DNA of 64,000 nucleotides from Oligoflexia bacterium (GTDB lineage: Bacteria > Bdellovibrionota_G > JANQFH01), in the NCBI GenBank assembly GCA_028277945.1, contig JANQFH010000068.1, forward strand, positions 272,400-336,399, in the 5' to 3' direction. The translations under genes and the position numbers were made by a program. Shown piece by piece: positions 20,998 through 30,356 of this stretch (the stretch's first letter is position 1; every line of letters begins with the position of its first letter). Below the pieces are notes generated by a model. It saw nothing but the letters and a program-made list of their open reading frames with translations, was not told where the DNA came from and ran no database searches.

Positions 20998-22177
20998 TCA
21001 GGCAAAACAGCTCATCGAGACTCAGCTCAAAGAGATCCACGCGGCTGGCTTGTATAAGGCTGAGCGTGTTATCCAAACACCTCAGGATGCTATCATTCGC
21101 ACCTCTGCGGGTGAGGTGATCAACTTCTGTGCCAACAACTACCTTGGTCTGGCAAACAACCCTGAGGTTGCCAAGGCGGCGATTGCCTGGTTGCAAGAGG
21201 GTGGTTATGGCATGAGTTCTGTGCGCTTTATCTGCGGCACACACGCTGTTCATAAACAGCTTGAGCACAAGGTGAGTGAGTTTCTCGGCACGGAAGATAC
21301 CATTCTCTATACCTCTTGCTTTGATGCCAATGGCGGGCTGTTTGAAGTGTTGCTCACCGATCAAGATGCGGTAATCTCAGATGAGCTCAACCACGCCTCC
21401 ATCATTGATGGTATCCGTCTCTGTAAGGCCAAGCGCTTTCGTTACAAAAATAGCGATATGAACGATCTTGAGGTCAAGCTGAAAGAGGCAAAGGATTGCC
21501 GTTTGCGTCTCATTGCTACGGATAGCGTCTTTAGCATGGATGGTTATATTGCCAAGCTCAAGGAGATCTGCGATTTGGCCGATAAGTACTCTGCCATGGT
21601 GATGGTTGATGATTCACATGCCACCGGCTTTATGGGCGAACATGGTAGAGGTGGACCGGAAGTGTGTGGCGTGGAGGGACGTATTGATATGCTCACCTCC
21701 ACCTTTGGCAAAGCGCTTGGGGGTGCCTCAGGAGGTTTTACCACCGGCCATCAGCAGATTGTCGATATCTTGCGGCAGCGCTCGCGGCCCTACCTGTTCT
21801 CCAATGCCTTAGCGCCGATGATCGCTGCAGCCACCATCAAGGTGATCGATATGTTACAGCAGACCGGTGAGCTGCGTAAAAAGCTTATGCACAACACCAC
21901 TACCTTTCGTAAGGACATGGTAGAGGCCGGTTTTGAAATCAAACCAGGCACCCATCCGATTGTACCGGTGATGTTGGGCGAGGCCAAGCTGGCGCAGCAG
22001 ATGGCGGATGATTTGCTTAACGAGGGTATCTATGTCATCGGTTTTAGTTATCCCGTGGTACCTAAAGGCCAGGCGAGGATTCGCGTGCAGCTCTCTGCCG
22101 TGCATGAACAAGAACATCTCGATCGTGCCATTGCTGCCTTTACCACAGTTGGCAAGCGACATGGGGTGGTGTCGTGA
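20990..22177 (+). CDS. kbl: Glycine C-acetyltransferase (2-amino-3-ketobutyrate CoA ligase)
   Basis: [49 protein letters not shown] start at 20990. Confidence 0.96.
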   Translation: MFDQAKQLIETQLKEIHAAGLYKAERVIQTPQDAIIRTSAGEVINFCANNYLGLANNPEVAKAAIAWLQEGGYGMSSVRFICGTHAVHKQLEHKVSEFLGTEDTILYTSCFDANGGLFEVLLTDQDAVISDELNHASIIDGIRLCKAKRFRYKNSDMNDLEVKLKEAKDCRLRLIATDSVFSMDGYIAKLKEICDLADKYSAMVMVDDSHATGFMGEHGRGGPEVCGVEGRIDMLTSTFGKALGGASGGFTTGHQQIVDILRQRSRPYLFSNALAPMIAAATIKVIDMLQQTGELRKKLMHNTTTFRKDMVEAGFEIKPGTHPIVPVMLGEAKLAQQMADDLLNEGIYVIGFSYPVVPKGQARIRVQLSAVHEQEHLDRAIAAFTTVGKRHGVVS

Positions 22178-23472
22178 GCTTATATGCTGAGCAGATTCTC
22201 AAGATCGACACAGAGAACGCCTTCAAGATCGGTCCCTGCATTGCCGAAGTTGAGAAACAGGGTCGGCCAGTTATAAAGTGTAACCTCGGTGAGCCTGACT
22301 TTGATCTCTTCGATTACATCCGCACTGCCATCAAAGCGCAGATCGATCAGGGCAATACCCACTACTGTGATCCGCAAGGTGTCATCAACCTACGTCAGGC
22401 TGTAGCCAAACAGATGCAGACCATGCGCGGTCTTGATGTGAGCGCCGATCATGTGGTCATCTTTCCTGGTGGCAAGCCGCCGATATGGATGACCCAGCAG
22501 GCTTATCTTAACCCAGGCGATGAAGTCATCTACCCGTCTCCTGCCTTTCCTATTTATGAGTCGGTGATTCCGGTCTGTGGCGGTGTGCCCGTGCCCTTGC
22601 ATCTTAAAGAGGAGCAGGGTTTTAGCTTCACCGGTGAAGAGCTGGCCGGGTTGATCACGCCTAAAACCAAAATGATCTTTCTCAACTTCCCTTCCAATCC
22701 TACCGGTGGTGTTGCCACCGAGACGCAACTGCAGAGCATCGCCGCAGTCATTCGCGATAAGTGTGATGAGAACGTGCGCGTTTTTTCTGATGAGATCTAT
22801 GAGTACATTGTCTTTGATGATAAAAAGCACCTGAGCATTGCCTCGCTGCCGGAGATGCAGCAACGTACGATTGTCGTGAGCGGTACCAGCAAGACCTTTT
22901 CCTGGACAGGGGGGCGCATGGGTTGGGCCGTCTTTCCTACGGTGGAAGAGGCGAGGTTTTTTAAAAACCTCAACATCAATTTATTCTCCTGTGTACCGCC
23001 TTATAATCAAGAAGCCGCCGCCGTTGCCTTGAGTGCTCCGCAGCGTGAGGCAGCGGTTGCCAAGATGGTGCAAACCTTTCAGCAACGTCGTGACGTGGTT
23101 GTTGCCGGCCTTAATGCCATCGATGGCATCCACTGTGTCAATCCCTCTGGCGCCTTTTACGTCTTTCCCAATATTAGTGGCGTATGTGAGCGTATCGGTG
23201 CCATAGAAGCCTTTGCAAAGCTACCTGCAGAGATTCAAGCAAAGAGCAGTCCGAGTACGCTCTTCCAGCTCTTTGTGCTCTTCAAGCATCAGCTGGCCGC
23301 TATGGATCGCAACTCTTTTGGTAGAATTGGCAGTGCAGGCCAACACTATCTAAGACTTTCCATTGCTACCGACCTTGACTCTCTTAAAGAAGGTTTAAAT
23401 CGTTTGGCAACTGCTGCAGAAGATCGGCAGGGGTTTGCTGCGTTTATGCAAGAGGGTAGACACTTTTGTTAA
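22174..23472 (+). CDS. PLP-dependent class I/II aminotransferase
   Basis: [39 protein letters not shown]. Confidence 0.92.
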   Translation: MSLYAEQILKIDTENAFKIGPCIAEVEKQGRPVIKCNLGEPDFDLFDYIRTAIKAQIDQGNTHYCDPQGVINLRQAVAKQMQTMRGLDVSADHVVIFPGGKPPIWMTQQAYLNPGDEVIYPSPAFPIYESVIPVCGGVPVPLHLKEEQGFSFTGEELAGLITPKTKMIFLNFPSNPTGGVATETQLQSIAAVIRDKCDENVRVFSDEIYEYIVFDDKKHLSIASLPEMQQRTIVVSGTSKTFSWTGGRMGWAVFPTVEEARFFKNLNINLFSCVPPYNQEAAAVALSAPQREAAVAKMVQTFQQRRDVVVAGLNAIDGIHCVNPSGAFYVFPNISGVCERIGAIEAFAKLPAEIQAKSSPSTLFQLFVLFKHQLAAMDRNSFGRIGSAGQHYLRLSIATDLDSLKEGLNRLATAAEDRQGFAAFMQEGRHFC

Positions 23473-23489
23473 TTTCGTGAGGGAATGCC

Positions 23490-24539
23490 ATGAACATCGC
23501 GCAAATTGAAGAGGTGCTTGGCGACGACCGCAAGCTGCTGGAACACGAGTGCAAGACTATTGCGCGTGCGCAGCTGCAGCTTCCGGGAGAAGATTTTATC
23601 GATAGGGTTTGGTCAGACTCAGACCGTCCCATTGGTGTACTCAAGAACTTAAACTGGCTCTTTAACCATGGACGTCTGGCTGGAACTGGCTATCTCTCGA
23701 TACTGCCAGTGGATCAAGGCATTGAACACTCAGCTGGAGCCTCCTTTGCTCCCAACCCGATCTACTTTGATCCAGACAACATCGTTAAACTGGCGATCGA
23801 AGGCGGCTGCAATGCCGTTGCTTCGACCTTTGGCGTCTTGGGCACAGTAGCACGCAAATACGCCTACCGCATTCCCTTTATTCTAAAGCTGAATCACAAT
23901 GAGCTGCTTACTTATCCTAATAGCTATGATCAGGTTCTCTTTGGCAATGTCGACAAGGCGTTTGCCATGGGCGCTGCAGGCGTCGGCGCTACCATTTATT
24001 TTGGCTCAGAGCAGTCGCGGCGGCAGATTGTTGAGATCAGTGAGGCCTTCTCATATGCGCATGAGCTCGGCATGTTTACGGTGTTGTGGTGTTATCTGCG
24101 CAACCCAGCCTTTAAAAAAGATAAAGACTACCATGTGGCTGCCGATCTTACCGGTCAGGCCAACCACCTTGGGGTGACCATTGAGGCCGATATCATCAAA
24201 CAGAAGTTGCCACAGAACAACGGTGGCTTTAATGCCATTAAGTTTGGTAAGACCAGTGCCAAAGTCTATGAGGAGCTAAGCAGTGACCATCCCATTGACC
24301 TCACCCGCTACCAGGTAGCGAACTGCTACATGGGGCGCGTTGGTTTGATCAACTCTGGAGGTGCATCAGGCAAGAATGATCTACACGATGCCGTCAAAAC
24401 CGCAGTGATCAACAAACGTGCCGGTGGCTGCGGTCTGATCTCAGGTCGCAAGGCATTTCAAAAGCCCATGTCTGAGGGAGTGGCCCTATTCAACGCCATC
24501 CAGGATGTCTATCTTGCCAAAGAAATCACCATCGCCTAG
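23490..24539 (+). CDS. fbaB: Class I fructose-bisphosphate aldolase (DhnA type)
   Basis: [34 protein letters not shown]. Confidence 0.96.
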   Translation: MNIAQIEEVLGDDRKLLEHECKTIARAQLQLPGEDFIDRVWSDSDRPIGVLKNLNWLFNHGRLAGTGYLSILPVDQGIEHSAGASFAPNPIYFDPDNIVKLAIEGGCNAVASTFGVLGTVARKYAYRIPFILKLNHNELLTYPNSYDQVLFGNVDKAFAMGAAGVGATIYFGSEQSRRQIVEISEAFSYAHELGMFTVLWCYLRNPAFKKDKDYHVAADLTGQANHLGVTIEADIIKQKLPQNNGGFNAIKFGKTSAKVYEELSSDHPIDLTRYQVANCYMGRVGLINSGGASGKNDLHDAVKTAVINKRAGGCGLISGRKAFQKPMSEGVALFNAIQDVYLAKEITIA

Positions 24540-24580
24540 TCTAGCGTCTCATACATTTTTACCGAGTCTTTAGATTTGTT

Positions 24581-24764
24581 AGAGGCAACTGGATTATTTT
24601 GCGACGCTCCTACGCTCCACCAGCTCGATTTGTTTACGGTCGCTCCGTCGGGGGCCCCTCCGCTTAACCTCCCTGCGGTCGGTATCGCGGCCTCCCCTTG
24701 ACGTAGCTCCCGAACAAATCGGCTGGCTCCGCAATGTCGCTTGCAAAACAACCCAGTTGCCTCT
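24581..24764. repeat. MITE/REP-like palindromic element A
   Basis: 22-bp terminal IR with 2 mismatches (agaggcaactggattattttgc / gcaaaacaacccagttgcctct); nested IR ccagctcgatttgtt / aacaaatcggctgg. Confidence 0.7.
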
Positions 24765-24821
24765 CCCACTCAAAAGACTTCGGTAAAATAAGTGATTCGT
24801 TAGTCGAGCAACGTTCTGGAT

Positions 24822-24963
24822 ATGCTGTGTCAGGTTCTCTGACGAGGCGTCTCGGAGGCGGCGGCATCCATGCTGATAATAGACGCCGACGCCGAGAGCC
24901 GAGCAGCCCGAGGCGGCGAAACGCCGAGGGACTGCGTCCTCGGAAGAGAACCTGACACAGCAT
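24822..24963. repeat. MITE/REP-like palindromic element B
   Basis: Perfect 19-bp IR atgctgtgtcaggttctct / agagaacctgacacagcat around a GC-rich core. Confidence 0.75.
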
Positions 24964-25009
24964 CCACAAAACGTGGAAAGAATTTATAAAATGTCTTGCA
25001 GACGTGGCT

Positions 25010-25543
25010 CTAGAATAGATACTTGATCGTCACGACCTGCCAATCAAAGATGAAGTTCTCTGTGCCAATGTTGTTGCCAAAGTTAAACAGGAAGTTGGTT
25101 CCCAGTGCTACCCGTGAGTTAAAGAAGTAATCTGCACCTAAGCCAAAACCGGCAAGAAAGGTGGTGTCGGTATCACCGTTGTCCAAGACGGCAAAACCCA
25201 TCTGTGCTTGGCCGTAAGGTTTCACCTGGCGGAAGAAATCAGAGTTGGCATCAATATCCCAGGTGTACTTGCCGACGCCTTGTAGGGTCCACATAAAAAA
25301 ACTCTCGACGTTAAAATTCGTTAAGCCGCCAATGGAGAAATGCTGGTCAATAAAATAGTCTGCTTCAAAGGCAAAGAGAAACGGGACATCGCCGCCAAGA
25401 ATACCAAAACCCAGGCCAAAACTGCCCAGCGTATGGCCGCTGCGTTCAATTTCGGTGTAGTCAAAGAACTGTGCTGCTGCTGGTAGGGCTGCTGCAGCCC
25501 ACAGAAACATGCTAAGGACAAGTGTTCGCGCCGCTCGTTTCAT
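25010..25543 (-). CDS. Small outer-membrane beta-barrel protein
   Basis: Signal peptide, amphipathic strands (KPYGQAQMG, GFGLGADYF), C-terminal KYLF. Confidence 0.8.
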   Translation of the reverse strand: MKRAARTLVLSMFLWAAAALPAAAQFFDYTEIERSGHTLGSFGLGFGILGGDVPFLFAFEADYFIDQHFSIGGLTNFNVESFFMWTLQGVGKYTWDIDANSDFFRQVKPYGQAQMGFAVLDNGDTDTTFLAGFGLGADYFFNSRVALGTNFLFNFGNNIGTENFIFDWQVVTIKYLF

Positions 25544-25633
25544 TTTGCTTACCCCTCTACTCAGATATGCTGGTCAGGGTAAACAAGAAAGCCTAGGATT
25601 GCAAGCTTGTGTTGCATAGAGTAAGTATTGCGC

Positions 25634-26047
25634 ATGGCTTGTGTTCACAAGAGCTTTGTCGTGCAAACCAACGCACATAACGAAGTGATTGATATCACCC
25701 CCACAGTAGAGGATCTGCTGGCTACCAGTGGAGTGAAACAGGGTCAGTGTACGGTGTACACGCCGCACGCTACTGCCGCCATTACCATCAACGAGAATGC
25801 CGATCCCAATATCGGTGTCGATCTCATAGCGGCTTTAAAGAAGTGCGTTGTTGAGCACGACAATTGGCTGCATGACCGCATTGATAACAACGCCGCAGCC
25901 CATATCAAGGCGGCGATCATTGGTCCCTCCGTTACCATACCGATCAACAAGGGCAAACTTACGCTGGGAACCTGGCAGAACCTCTTTCTCTGCGAATTTG
26001 ATGGCCCCCGCCAGAGACGCCAGGTGCTGGTGTCGATCCTTTCTTAA
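25634..26047 (+). CDS. yjbQ: YjbQ (UPF0047) family protein
   Basis: HATAAITINENADP, NAAAHIKA, LGTWQ, EFDGPR. Confidence 0.93.
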   Translation: MACVHKSFVVQTNAHNEVIDITPTVEDLLATSGVKQGQCTVYTPHATAAITINENADPNIGVDLIAALKKCVVEHDNWLHDRIDNNAAAHIKAAIIGPSVTIPINKGKLTLGTWQNLFLCEFDGPRQRRQVLVSILS

Positions 26048-26136
26048 TGGCTAATACACTGTTACGAAAGAGCGTTTCTTTATACTTGACTCGACGCATT
26101 ATCTACGATAGTCTCTCTGGCAGTTTAGGGGGAATC

Positions 26137-27543
26137 ATGGCCGTGCCCCATAGATGCCGTCTGCCTGGTATCTTTCTGGTGCTGTTGTGTGCCAGCCTAA
26201 GCAGCCTCGTCCCAAATCCCGCCAAAGCCAACAATAATATTGCTCTTCTAAGGGGTCTAGAAATTGAAGCCAACCTCTTTAGAGAGGGGGATGATAGAGG
26301 CCTGTCCGTCGAAGTTTACCAGAATGGGTCAAACTGGCCCTTGGTAGAGCTGCGTCTCTTTAACCGCAAGCGACACAACCGGCCTTTTCAGGAAGACAGC
26401 TGGTACTGTGAACAACACCCTTCATTGGGTATGCAGTTTTTCCTTGGGACAAATGAGATCGTTAGTGCGCAGAAACAGTATGATCTAGATTACTTGATGG
26501 CGCTCCTTATTGAGCCCAACTATGATTTGCCGGACTCTGCTGAACTCAAGAAATCCGATGGCAAGCCAGCAGATCCTACGTTGTTGGCAGAACTGCGAGA
26601 CCATGTTCATGTGGAGAGGCCGGCGAAGGTGCGGCGTTATACACAAGCAAGCAAGAGCAGCCGGTACATGCGACTCTCTATTGCCGGGCAGCAGTTCATG
26701 GTAGGTTACCAGGTCACAAAAGAAAAGGATGTCTACAAGAAAGAACTGCGCTCGCTGCACATTGAAGATAAGCTCATCGATTTCACTGGTGAGGTTGGAG
26801 GTGATCCCATCGACGGCTGGGATGAGGGTGCTGTTGCCCATTATGTGGATCAGGTGCCAGAAGCACTGCAACTCAATACCTTGTTTGCAAGCCTTGATCA
26901 TCCCGATGCTCTCGATTGGTTGCCATGGTTTGGAATCATTAACAGCAGATACGGTAAAGATCATGAACGCTTCCAGATTCCAGCGTGGCTGCAGAGGGTG
27001 AACGAAGAGACCGCGCGACTCACAAAAACAGATGGTACAGAGGTTGAGTTGAGTCGTCCGTGCCCCCTTTGGCCAGAAGAGCGACATGCTTTTAAGGTGA
27101 AGAATGATACCCATACGTTGCTGGTGATCTCGGCAAATGGCTCAGCTGATCAGAAACATGAGATTGCCTACGAATACTGGCCTAATGGCGAGGTACATAA
27201 AAAACAGCAAGGTATGATCTCTATAGAGGGTGACCTTCCAACGGGTGTCATGACTGCATATAGTTTTGACAGCGAAATTGAAAGAAGGACAAGCAAACCC
27301 CGACAGCGGCTTGTGTTTGGTTTTGCTGGTTTTCATTTTGATGTCCTCTACGGCTTCGATCGTCAAAATCGACGTTTTCCCATTGCCATTAAGATTGATC
27401 CCCGTGATGATCAGGTGGCCGCGCGAGTTAACTTTAACGCCTGGACTGATGGTGATCCCGGGAAAAGAATTCAATCAATCGAATCGCTTCCGGCATCGCC
27501 AAGCGAAGTCGGAGACGAAACGTTGGCACTGTCCGCTCCATAA
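26137..27543 (+). CDS. Hypothetical secreted protein
   Basis: Long ORF; signal peptide ending AKA; no recognised domain. Confidence 0.65.
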   Translation: MAVPHRCRLPGIFLVLLCASLSSLVPNPAKANNNIALLRGLEIEANLFREGDDRGLSVEVYQNGSNWPLVELRLFNRKRHNRPFQEDSWYCEQHPSLGMQFFLGTNEIVSAQKQYDLDYLMALLIEPNYDLPDSAELKKSDGKPADPTLLAELRDHVHVERPAKVRRYTQASKSSRYMRLSIAGQQFMVGYQVTKEKDVYKKELRSLHIEDKLIDFTGEVGGDPIDGWDEGAVAHYVDQVPEALQLNTLFASLDHPDALDWLPWFGIINSRYGKDHERFQIPAWLQRVNEETARLTKTDGTEVELSRPCPLWPEERHAFKVKNDTHTLLVISANGSADQKHEIAYEYWPNGEVHKKQQGMISIEGDLPTGVMTAYSFDSEIERRTSKPRQRLVFGFAGFHFDVLYGFDRQNRRFPIAIKIDPRDDQVAARVNFNAWTDGDPGKRIQSIESLPASPSEVGDETLALSAP

Positions 27544-28670
27544 GCAATACGCCCGTAAGAAATACGATAGACGACACCCGCATAATCATCCGAGACCAAC
27601 AACGCTCCATCGGGCATTACCAACAGATCCACGGGTCGTCCCCACACACCATCAGGCTGCAACCAGCCAGAGGCAAAGACGCTATAGTTGAGAGCGCGAT
27701 TCTGCTTTAGCGTTACCATAGTGACCCGGTAGCCGATGGGTCGAGAGCGATTCCACGAGCCGTGTTCGGCAATAAAGATCTGCTCGCGAAAGCGCTCCGG
27801 GAACATCTTGCCAGTGTAAAAGCGCATTCCCAAAGAAGCCACGTGCGGCCCGAGCTTCTGGGCGGGTGGGGTGAACTCTTTGCAGGCGCGTTTCTTGCCA
27901 AACTTGGGATCGGCAAAATCGCCGCCATGGCAGTAGGGAAAACCAAAGTGCATACCCTGTTTGGGCGCATGGTTGAGCTCATCGGGTGGCAGATCATCTC
28001 CCAACCAGTCACGGCCATTGTCGGTAAACCAAAGCTCCTTGGTGCGTGGGTGCCAGGCAAAACCAACGCTGTTGCGCACTCCGTGCGCAAAAATTTGCAG
28101 GCCGCTACCATTGTGCTGCATGCGTAGGATGCTGGCAAAACGCTTGTCCTTACGCTCACACACATTACAAGGCGCACCTACGGGAACATAAAGCAGGCCG
28201 TCTGGACCAAAGGCGATGAACTTCCAACCGTGATGGGCCTTTTTAGGTAGGCTGTCCAGGACGACTTTGGGTTTAGGGGGATTGGCAAGTCTTTGCTCAA
28301 TATTATCGTAGCGCAAAATGCGGTTAACTTCAGCCACGTAGAGTGCACCAGCGCGCAAGGCAACACCGTTGGGCAAGTTTAATCCGCGGGCAATCGTATA
28401 AACTTTGTCCGCACGTTGATCCTGGTTGCTGTCAACCACGGCGTAAACCTTGCCCTTTGCGCGTGTGCCAACAAAGAGCGTGCCGTTTTTGCCCCGCGCA
28501 AGCGAGCGTGCTCCTGGAAGATCCTTGGCAAAGTAATCAATATGAAATCCCTTGGGTAGCTTTATCTTGTCAAGACCAGCTGGATTGTTTGCCGCCAACA
28601 GCAGCGTACCGTTAAAGAGAGCCTCGGTGATGATGACTAGCAGCAGTAGCTTAGTGCCGTGCGATCGCAT
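27471..28670 (-). CDS. Sorbosone/PQQ-dependent sugar dehydrogenase family beta-propeller
   Basis: HHGWKFIAFGPDG, GAPCNVC, GVRNSVG, WFTDNGRD, HGSWNR, GRPVD. Confidence 0.92.
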   Translation of the reverse strand: MRSHGTKLLLLVIITEALFNGTLLLAANNPAGLDKIKLPKGFHIDYFAKDLPGARSLARGKNGTLFVGTRAKGKVYAVVDSNQDQRADKVYTIARGLNLPNGVALRAGALYVAEVNRILRYDNIEQRLANPPKPKVVLDSLPKKAHHGWKFIAFGPDGLLYVPVGAPCNVCERKDKRFASILRMQHNGSGLQIFAHGVRNSVGFAWHPRTKELWFTDNGRDWLGDDLPPDELNHAPKQGMHFGFPYCHGGDFADPKFGKKRACKEFTPPAQKLGPHVASLGMRFYTGKMFPERFREQIFIAEHGSWNRSRPIGYRVTMVTLKQNRALNYSVFASGWLQPDGVWGRPVDLLVMPDGALLVSDDYAGVVYRISYGRIAYGADSANVSSPTSLGDAGSDSID

Positions 28671-28683
28671 TATCAACTCCTGT

Positions 28684-29409
28684 TTAGATACGGTCACGCA
28701 TGTAACCACAACACATATTGGCAGGTACGGCCACGTCTATTTTTAATGGTTCTTCAAGGTTGAGCTGGTCCATTATAGTTATGAACTCTTGCTTGCTCTT
28801 GCCTTTGCCAAGACGTGGGTTGTAGCGCTTTTCTTCACCAATCGTTGAGATCGTATAGCCGTTGTAATCGTGGGCAGGGTAGACGAGCGTCGCATCCGGT
28901 AGAGTAAAGAGCTTTTGCGTCACGCTCTCATACAAGGTTGCGGCATCGCCCTCTTGGAAATCCGTCCTGCCGGTGCCGCGGATAAACAACGCATCCCCGG
29001 TAAATGCCATACCGTCGACATAGTAGCTCATGCAGCCGTTGGTGTGTCCCGGGGTGGCTAGCGCTTTAATCTTGTAGCTACCGAGTTCTATGGTGTCACC
29101 ATCATTGAGCAACAGATCAGCACAATCAACCTCCGTTGCCTTACCGGCGACAATCTTGGCAGCAAAGTGTTCTTTGAGTTTTGCCGCACCGGTAATGTGA
29201 TCGGCGTGGATGTGGGTTTCCATAATATAGTGCAGTTGGATGTTCAGCTCTTCAATGCAGCGCCTGTCGCGTTCATACTTCTCTACGACAGGATCGATGA
29301 TGGCAGCAGCACAGCTCTCAGCGTCAATAAGGAGATAGGTGTAGGTAAAGGACTCGTTATCAAAGAGCTGCCGCACTCTAAGCGTTGGTTGGTGAGAAGG
29401 AGCCATCAC
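28684..29409 (-). CDS. ETHE1-like persulfide dioxygenase (MBL fold)
   Basis: QLFDNESFTYTYL, ETHIHADHITG, TPGHT, GRTDFQ, PAHDY, AVPANM. Confidence 0.9.
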   Translation of the reverse strand: MMAPSHQPTLRVRQLFDNESFTYTYLLIDAESCAAAIIDPVVEKYERDRRCIEELNIQLHYIMETHIHADHITGAAKLKEHFAAKIVAGKATEVDCADLLLNDGDTIELGSYKIKALATPGHTNGCMSYYVDGMAFTGDALFIRGTGRTDFQEGDAATLYESVTQKLFTLPDATLVYPAHDYNGYTISTIGEEKRYNPRLGKGKSKQEFITIMDQLNLEEPLKIDVAVPANMCCGYMRDRI

Positions 29410-29421
29410 CCTGTTCCCTTA

Positions 29422-30351
29422 TCAATAACCCCGCTTTCGATCAACTAGGTTTAGCAGTGGCTCACCACGCTGAGAGCGCTGGTAGTTTTCAAAAACCTGG
29501 GCAGCGATGGCCTCTTGATCGCTGCGGCCGGCAATGTGAGGTGTTATGGTGATCTTTGGCTGTTCCCAGAAGGGATGGTCTGTGGGTAGGGGCTCTTGTT
29601 GAAAGACATCCAAACAGGCACCGCACAGTTGTCCTTGATCAAGTGCCGTGAGTAAATCCGCTTCGACTAGGTGTTCACCACGGCCAGCGTGAACGAGATA
29701 AACTCCATGGGGGAGCTGCGCGAAAGTATCTCTATTGAGGATACCGCGGGTTTCCGGCGTAAGTGGCAGCAGGCAGATGAGGTAGTTTAATGGCTGCAAG
29801 AACTCTGGCAACTGCTCGTTGCCATGAAAGCAGCGCACTCCATCGATCTGCTTTGCATTACTGCTCCAGCCATAAGTCCTGAAGCCAGAGAGACTGCAGA
29901 GCTGTGCAGCTCTGGTGCCGATTTTGCCTAATCCCATGATGCCGACGACAGTTTCGTGGGCTTTCCTTGTTTTGAGATAACGCCACTCTTGTCGCTGTTG
30001 ATGCTCACGGTAGAGTGGCAGGCTGCGGTAGTGGCTGAGCAGCACCGCTAGCGTATAGTGTGCGGTTTCGGCGACAAGGCGTTCATCGACACAGCGTACG
30101 ATCGGGATGTCAGGCGCAAGATCGGGGTCATTGATAATGTGATCCACACCAGCACCGTAAGAACAGATGAGCTTCAGGTTTGCATAGCATTTGAGAATGC
30201 CAGTAGGGTGGTTCCAAGAGAGAACACACTGGATATCCGCAACCTCACCATCGTCTGGCCAAATGCGAACATCGAGATTGTCGTCTAGGCTCTGCAGAAC
30301 AGCGACGAGATTTCTTGGGTCAATCGCAGGCGCTGCAATGAGGATGGCCAT
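29422..30351 (-). CDS. ghrA: Glyoxylate/hydroxypyruvate reductase A
   Basis: GAGVDH, GIMGLGKIG, LLPLTPETRG, GRG, LDVF..EPLP, TPHIA. Confidence 0.88.
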   Translation of the reverse strand: MAILIAAPAIDPRNLVAVLQSLDDNLDVRIWPDDGEVADIQCVLSWNHPTGILKCYANLKLICSYGAGVDHIINDPDLAPDIPIVRCVDERLVAETAHYTLAVLLSHYRSLPLYREHQQRQEWRYLKTRKAHETVVGIMGLGKIGTRAAQLCSLSGFRTYGWSSNAKQIDGVRCFHGNEQLPEFLQPLNYLICLLPLTPETRGILNRDTFAQLPHGVYLVHAGRGEHLVEADLLTALDQGQLCGACLDVFQQEPLPTDHPFWEQPKITITPHIAGRSDQEAIAAQVFENYQRSQRGEPLLNLVDRKRGY

Positions 30352-30356
30352 ACGGG

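Noticed and set aside
24536..24969. Short ORFs across the palindromic elements
   Set aside because: Arg/Pro-rich translations typical of GC-rich repeats; better explained as non-coding.
24811..24974. 6S RNA call for element B
   Set aside because: Size is compatible but I could not identify the central bubble or conserved motifs; a perfect 19-bp IR fits a MITE better. An Infernal scan would decide.
29422..30351. Phosphite dehydrogenase PtxD linked to phnDCE
   Set aside because: Motifs fit GhrA, and it lies about 18 kb from the phn genes.
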